Shown in pieces: positions 56,060-58,392 of a DNA stretch of 58,392 bases. Source of the DNA: Macrostomum lignano. Lineage: Eukaryota. The position numbers were made by a program, and so were the translations under genes. The notes under the pieces were generated by a model. The model was not told the origin of the DNA. It was given only the letters and a program-made list of their open reading frames with translations, and did not search any database. The stretch covers positions 1 through 58,392 of the forward strand of contig NIVC01001050.1 in assembly GCA_002269645.1 (NCBI GenBank). The letters are read 5' to 3'. How positions within the stretch are numbered: the stretch's first letter is position 1; every line of letters begins with the position of its first letter.

Positions 56060-58384
56060 TCAGTCATCAGTCCTCGACAGAAGCATCCTTAGTTCATTAA
56101 CCAGCCGCAGTCCATTGCGACCAAAGCGAATCACTCTGCTGCTGGCATACTTAGTCGCTGAAGGGCTTTCCACGACGCCAAAGTCACCGCTAGAAGATAA
56201 CTTTGCTTTGGCCAATCTACAGAAATATGTGTCGATGCATTACATTTATATGCAGAACTTACAATTGATTGTATCAAAGGTTTCTTTTCAGTGTCTTTTT
56301 TCCTTGAGCTTTCTAAGGACTTAAGATATCTGCGTTTTGAGTCCATAAAAACTGTAGGGCTTAAATATATTTTTTAATGTCAACATATTGACACTTAAGT
56401 ACTCCGACACCGATACAACCGACACCGACACACCCGACACCGACACATCCGACACCGACACACCCGACACAAACACACCCAACACAAACAACCCGACACA
56501 AACAACCCGACACAAACACAACCGACACAAACACAACCGACGCAAACACAACCGACGCAAACAAACCCGGCATCTGAAACCAACACACCCGACACCAACA
56601 CACCCGATACAGACACAACCGACACTGCACATCCGACACTGACACAACCGACACCGACACCGACACACCCGACACCGACACACCCGAAACCGACATACTC
56701 GGACACCGAAACACTCCAACAACACACTCCAACAACGACAAAAATCCGACACCAACACACTCCGACACATCGACAATTAGCTCACCTAATTGCCCTCGTG
56801 AATGCGGAACAGGCATTCTTGCTCACTGGTCTTCTATTGACCTTCTGCCAGAGCATCCCAGCGGTTTCCCTATCGAGAATTTTGAAGTAATCAATAGAAC
56901 CGCTCCGTTCTTGACCGTTGACGTCGCAGAACACTAGGATACGACAAAGGCATTTACGACTACTCAGCAGCACAATTAGTATGAAGTGCAAAACGTTCGG
57001 ACGAGTTAGCGCCGCAAAGCCGAATAGCTCTCCTGGAACAAGTTCGATTACGAGTAGAATAAGTACTTTTATCAACGAATCAAGGACGTCATGCTGAATT
57101 TAATAAATAAAACTTTACCCACCCATTTTCTCTCTAATGTGCGTCGCCAAACGATCCAGAGTTTCTTCTCGAGTTGTCACCGTGTAACCCGGTGGCTGGT
57201 CATCGGTGGCAATGCTCACAGATTCCCAGGTCGAGGTAGCCGGTTGGCTCACTGCCGATCGGCCGCAACTTTGGATGATTGGTAGATTTGGAAGGCTTGG
57301 CAGCTGGTCAACGGCAGTTTGACAGGTGACTGGTTGTTGCACTGTAGTAACACTGATAGGGAATGCTTGAAAATCGCAGGTAAATGGTACTATTGTCCGT
57401 TCCTGTTTAAAAAAAATCATGTTGGCTTGTATCTAAATTTTGATTCTTACTGCTATATAACTAATTGAGATTTTTCGATACTTAAGACAATTTATAAAGA
57501 AATGAGAAGCCAAAAGCCAGAAATTGAGCTTCTCTTGTAAAAATAAGTTAAAAATTTAACCAACCTCGAAGAATGACAGGAGCTCAACTTTCAACCTCTT
57601 GAGACGTGGCGTCTACTGAGCCAAACAAGGGGCGCCAAATAAGAGACAGGAACGCTAACTGAGGCAGGGGCGCCAAACAAGAGGCAGGGACGCCCAATTA
57701 CAAGGTGCATCTTAGGATTGCAGCCCGTCCATAATTCAAATTCCTGTGTACACCACCGCTAGAAAATTCCAGCCTCTTCGAGAAACTTAAGGGTGATCAT
57801 AGCGACGAACGAAACTAAAAGAATTTCATGCTACTTCATGAAAGATAGCTAATGCCGCATAAAGTGGTCGAAAATTTCCCATGTTTCATCATCCTTTGTG
57901 AATTTTGTAAACAGAAACTGATTTAGATTCCGTTGACCTGCCCCTCTGAAAAAATGTGCCACCCTCCTCCCCCGAAATGCAGGTGTCAATGCAAGGAAAT
58001 TCAGCTGTTTCTACAAGCGTATTGGTACCAATATCCAGATAAATTGATGCAGCTAAGCATGAATTTATTCACCTGCATAGCTGAACATGTAGCATCAAAA
58101 GACTTCAGAAAATCTTTCGTCGCAACTGACGGTAGGGAAGGTGCGCAGGCATTTCGAAGCACCTCCAATGTCTTCGGCTGCTCCCGTACGTCCGCAGTGT
58201 TGCACAGACTCTGCCGTTGACAATTTGCGGCCTTATGACAGAACGACGTTTGAGCCAACTCGAACTGTGGAAGCTCGAATGTGATGCTTTTGTCGGTCGG
58301 ACTGATCGGCTCAGTTACGGGTGCTCCGCCAGTGTCATCTGCCAGCAGCATTTTCAGAAGATTCTCTTCGTCGGGGTCCAATTT
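56060..58384 (-). CDS. Divergent ETS-domain protein 2, 5' end beyond the window; exons 58384-58073, 57402-57123, 57032-56786, 56216-56060
   Basis: Spliced: ...HIREKMGELFGFAALTRPNVLHFILIVLLSSRKCLCRILVFCDVNGQERSGSIDYFKILDRETAGMLWQKVNRRPVSKNACSAFTRAIRLAKAKLSSSGDFG...SSRVIRFGRNG... It aligns with gene 1 (RILAFCDENG/RILVFCDVNG) and has the same intron positions and phases around the domain. Confidence 0.65.
56400..56775. repeat. Degenerate (CCGACA)/(ACAAAC)-type simple repeat in an ETS2 intron
   Basis: Tandem CCGACA/CACC/CAAACA units; explains the CVGV-type spurious ORFs. Confidence 0.85.
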
Positions 58385-58392
58385 CTGTCAAT

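Noticed and set aside
56321-56816. Cys/Val/Gly-rich or Thr/Asp-rich ORFs
   Set aside because: Translations of an intronic simple repeat.

Overview
Eukaryotic (invertebrate animal) genomic DNA with spliceosomal introns. The style suggests a free-living flatworm such as Macrostomum, but this is inference only. I reconstructed gene models by hand from GT/GC-AG sites and reading-frame phase. The window holds a 3-exon NACHT/LRR (NLR-like) gene (-), a UBE2E-class E2 enzyme (-), an orphan 4-exon gene (-), an intronless PAN + C-type-lectin gene (-), a tandem array of three 6-exon Mx-type dynamin GTPase genes (+) and two tandem, highly divergent ETS-domain genes (-). The third Mx copy carries a Ty3/Gypsy LTR insertion (5-bp TSD) and a C-terminal frameshift. 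Also present are tRNA-derived SINEs, an RTE LINE remnant, MITE-like inverted-repeat elements, micro/minisatellites and a near CpG-free block of ~2.7 kb. The most interesting signal is a possible interferon-like antiviral module in an invertebrate. Four TTCYNRGAA (STAT/GAS-type) sites cluster in 290 bp between the head-to-head lectin and Mx1 genes. The Mx paralogs are near-identical except in the L4 specificity loop, all share a non-canonical G4 motif (TCPD), and the middle copy looks like a recombinant of its neighbours. No database searches or folding programs were run.
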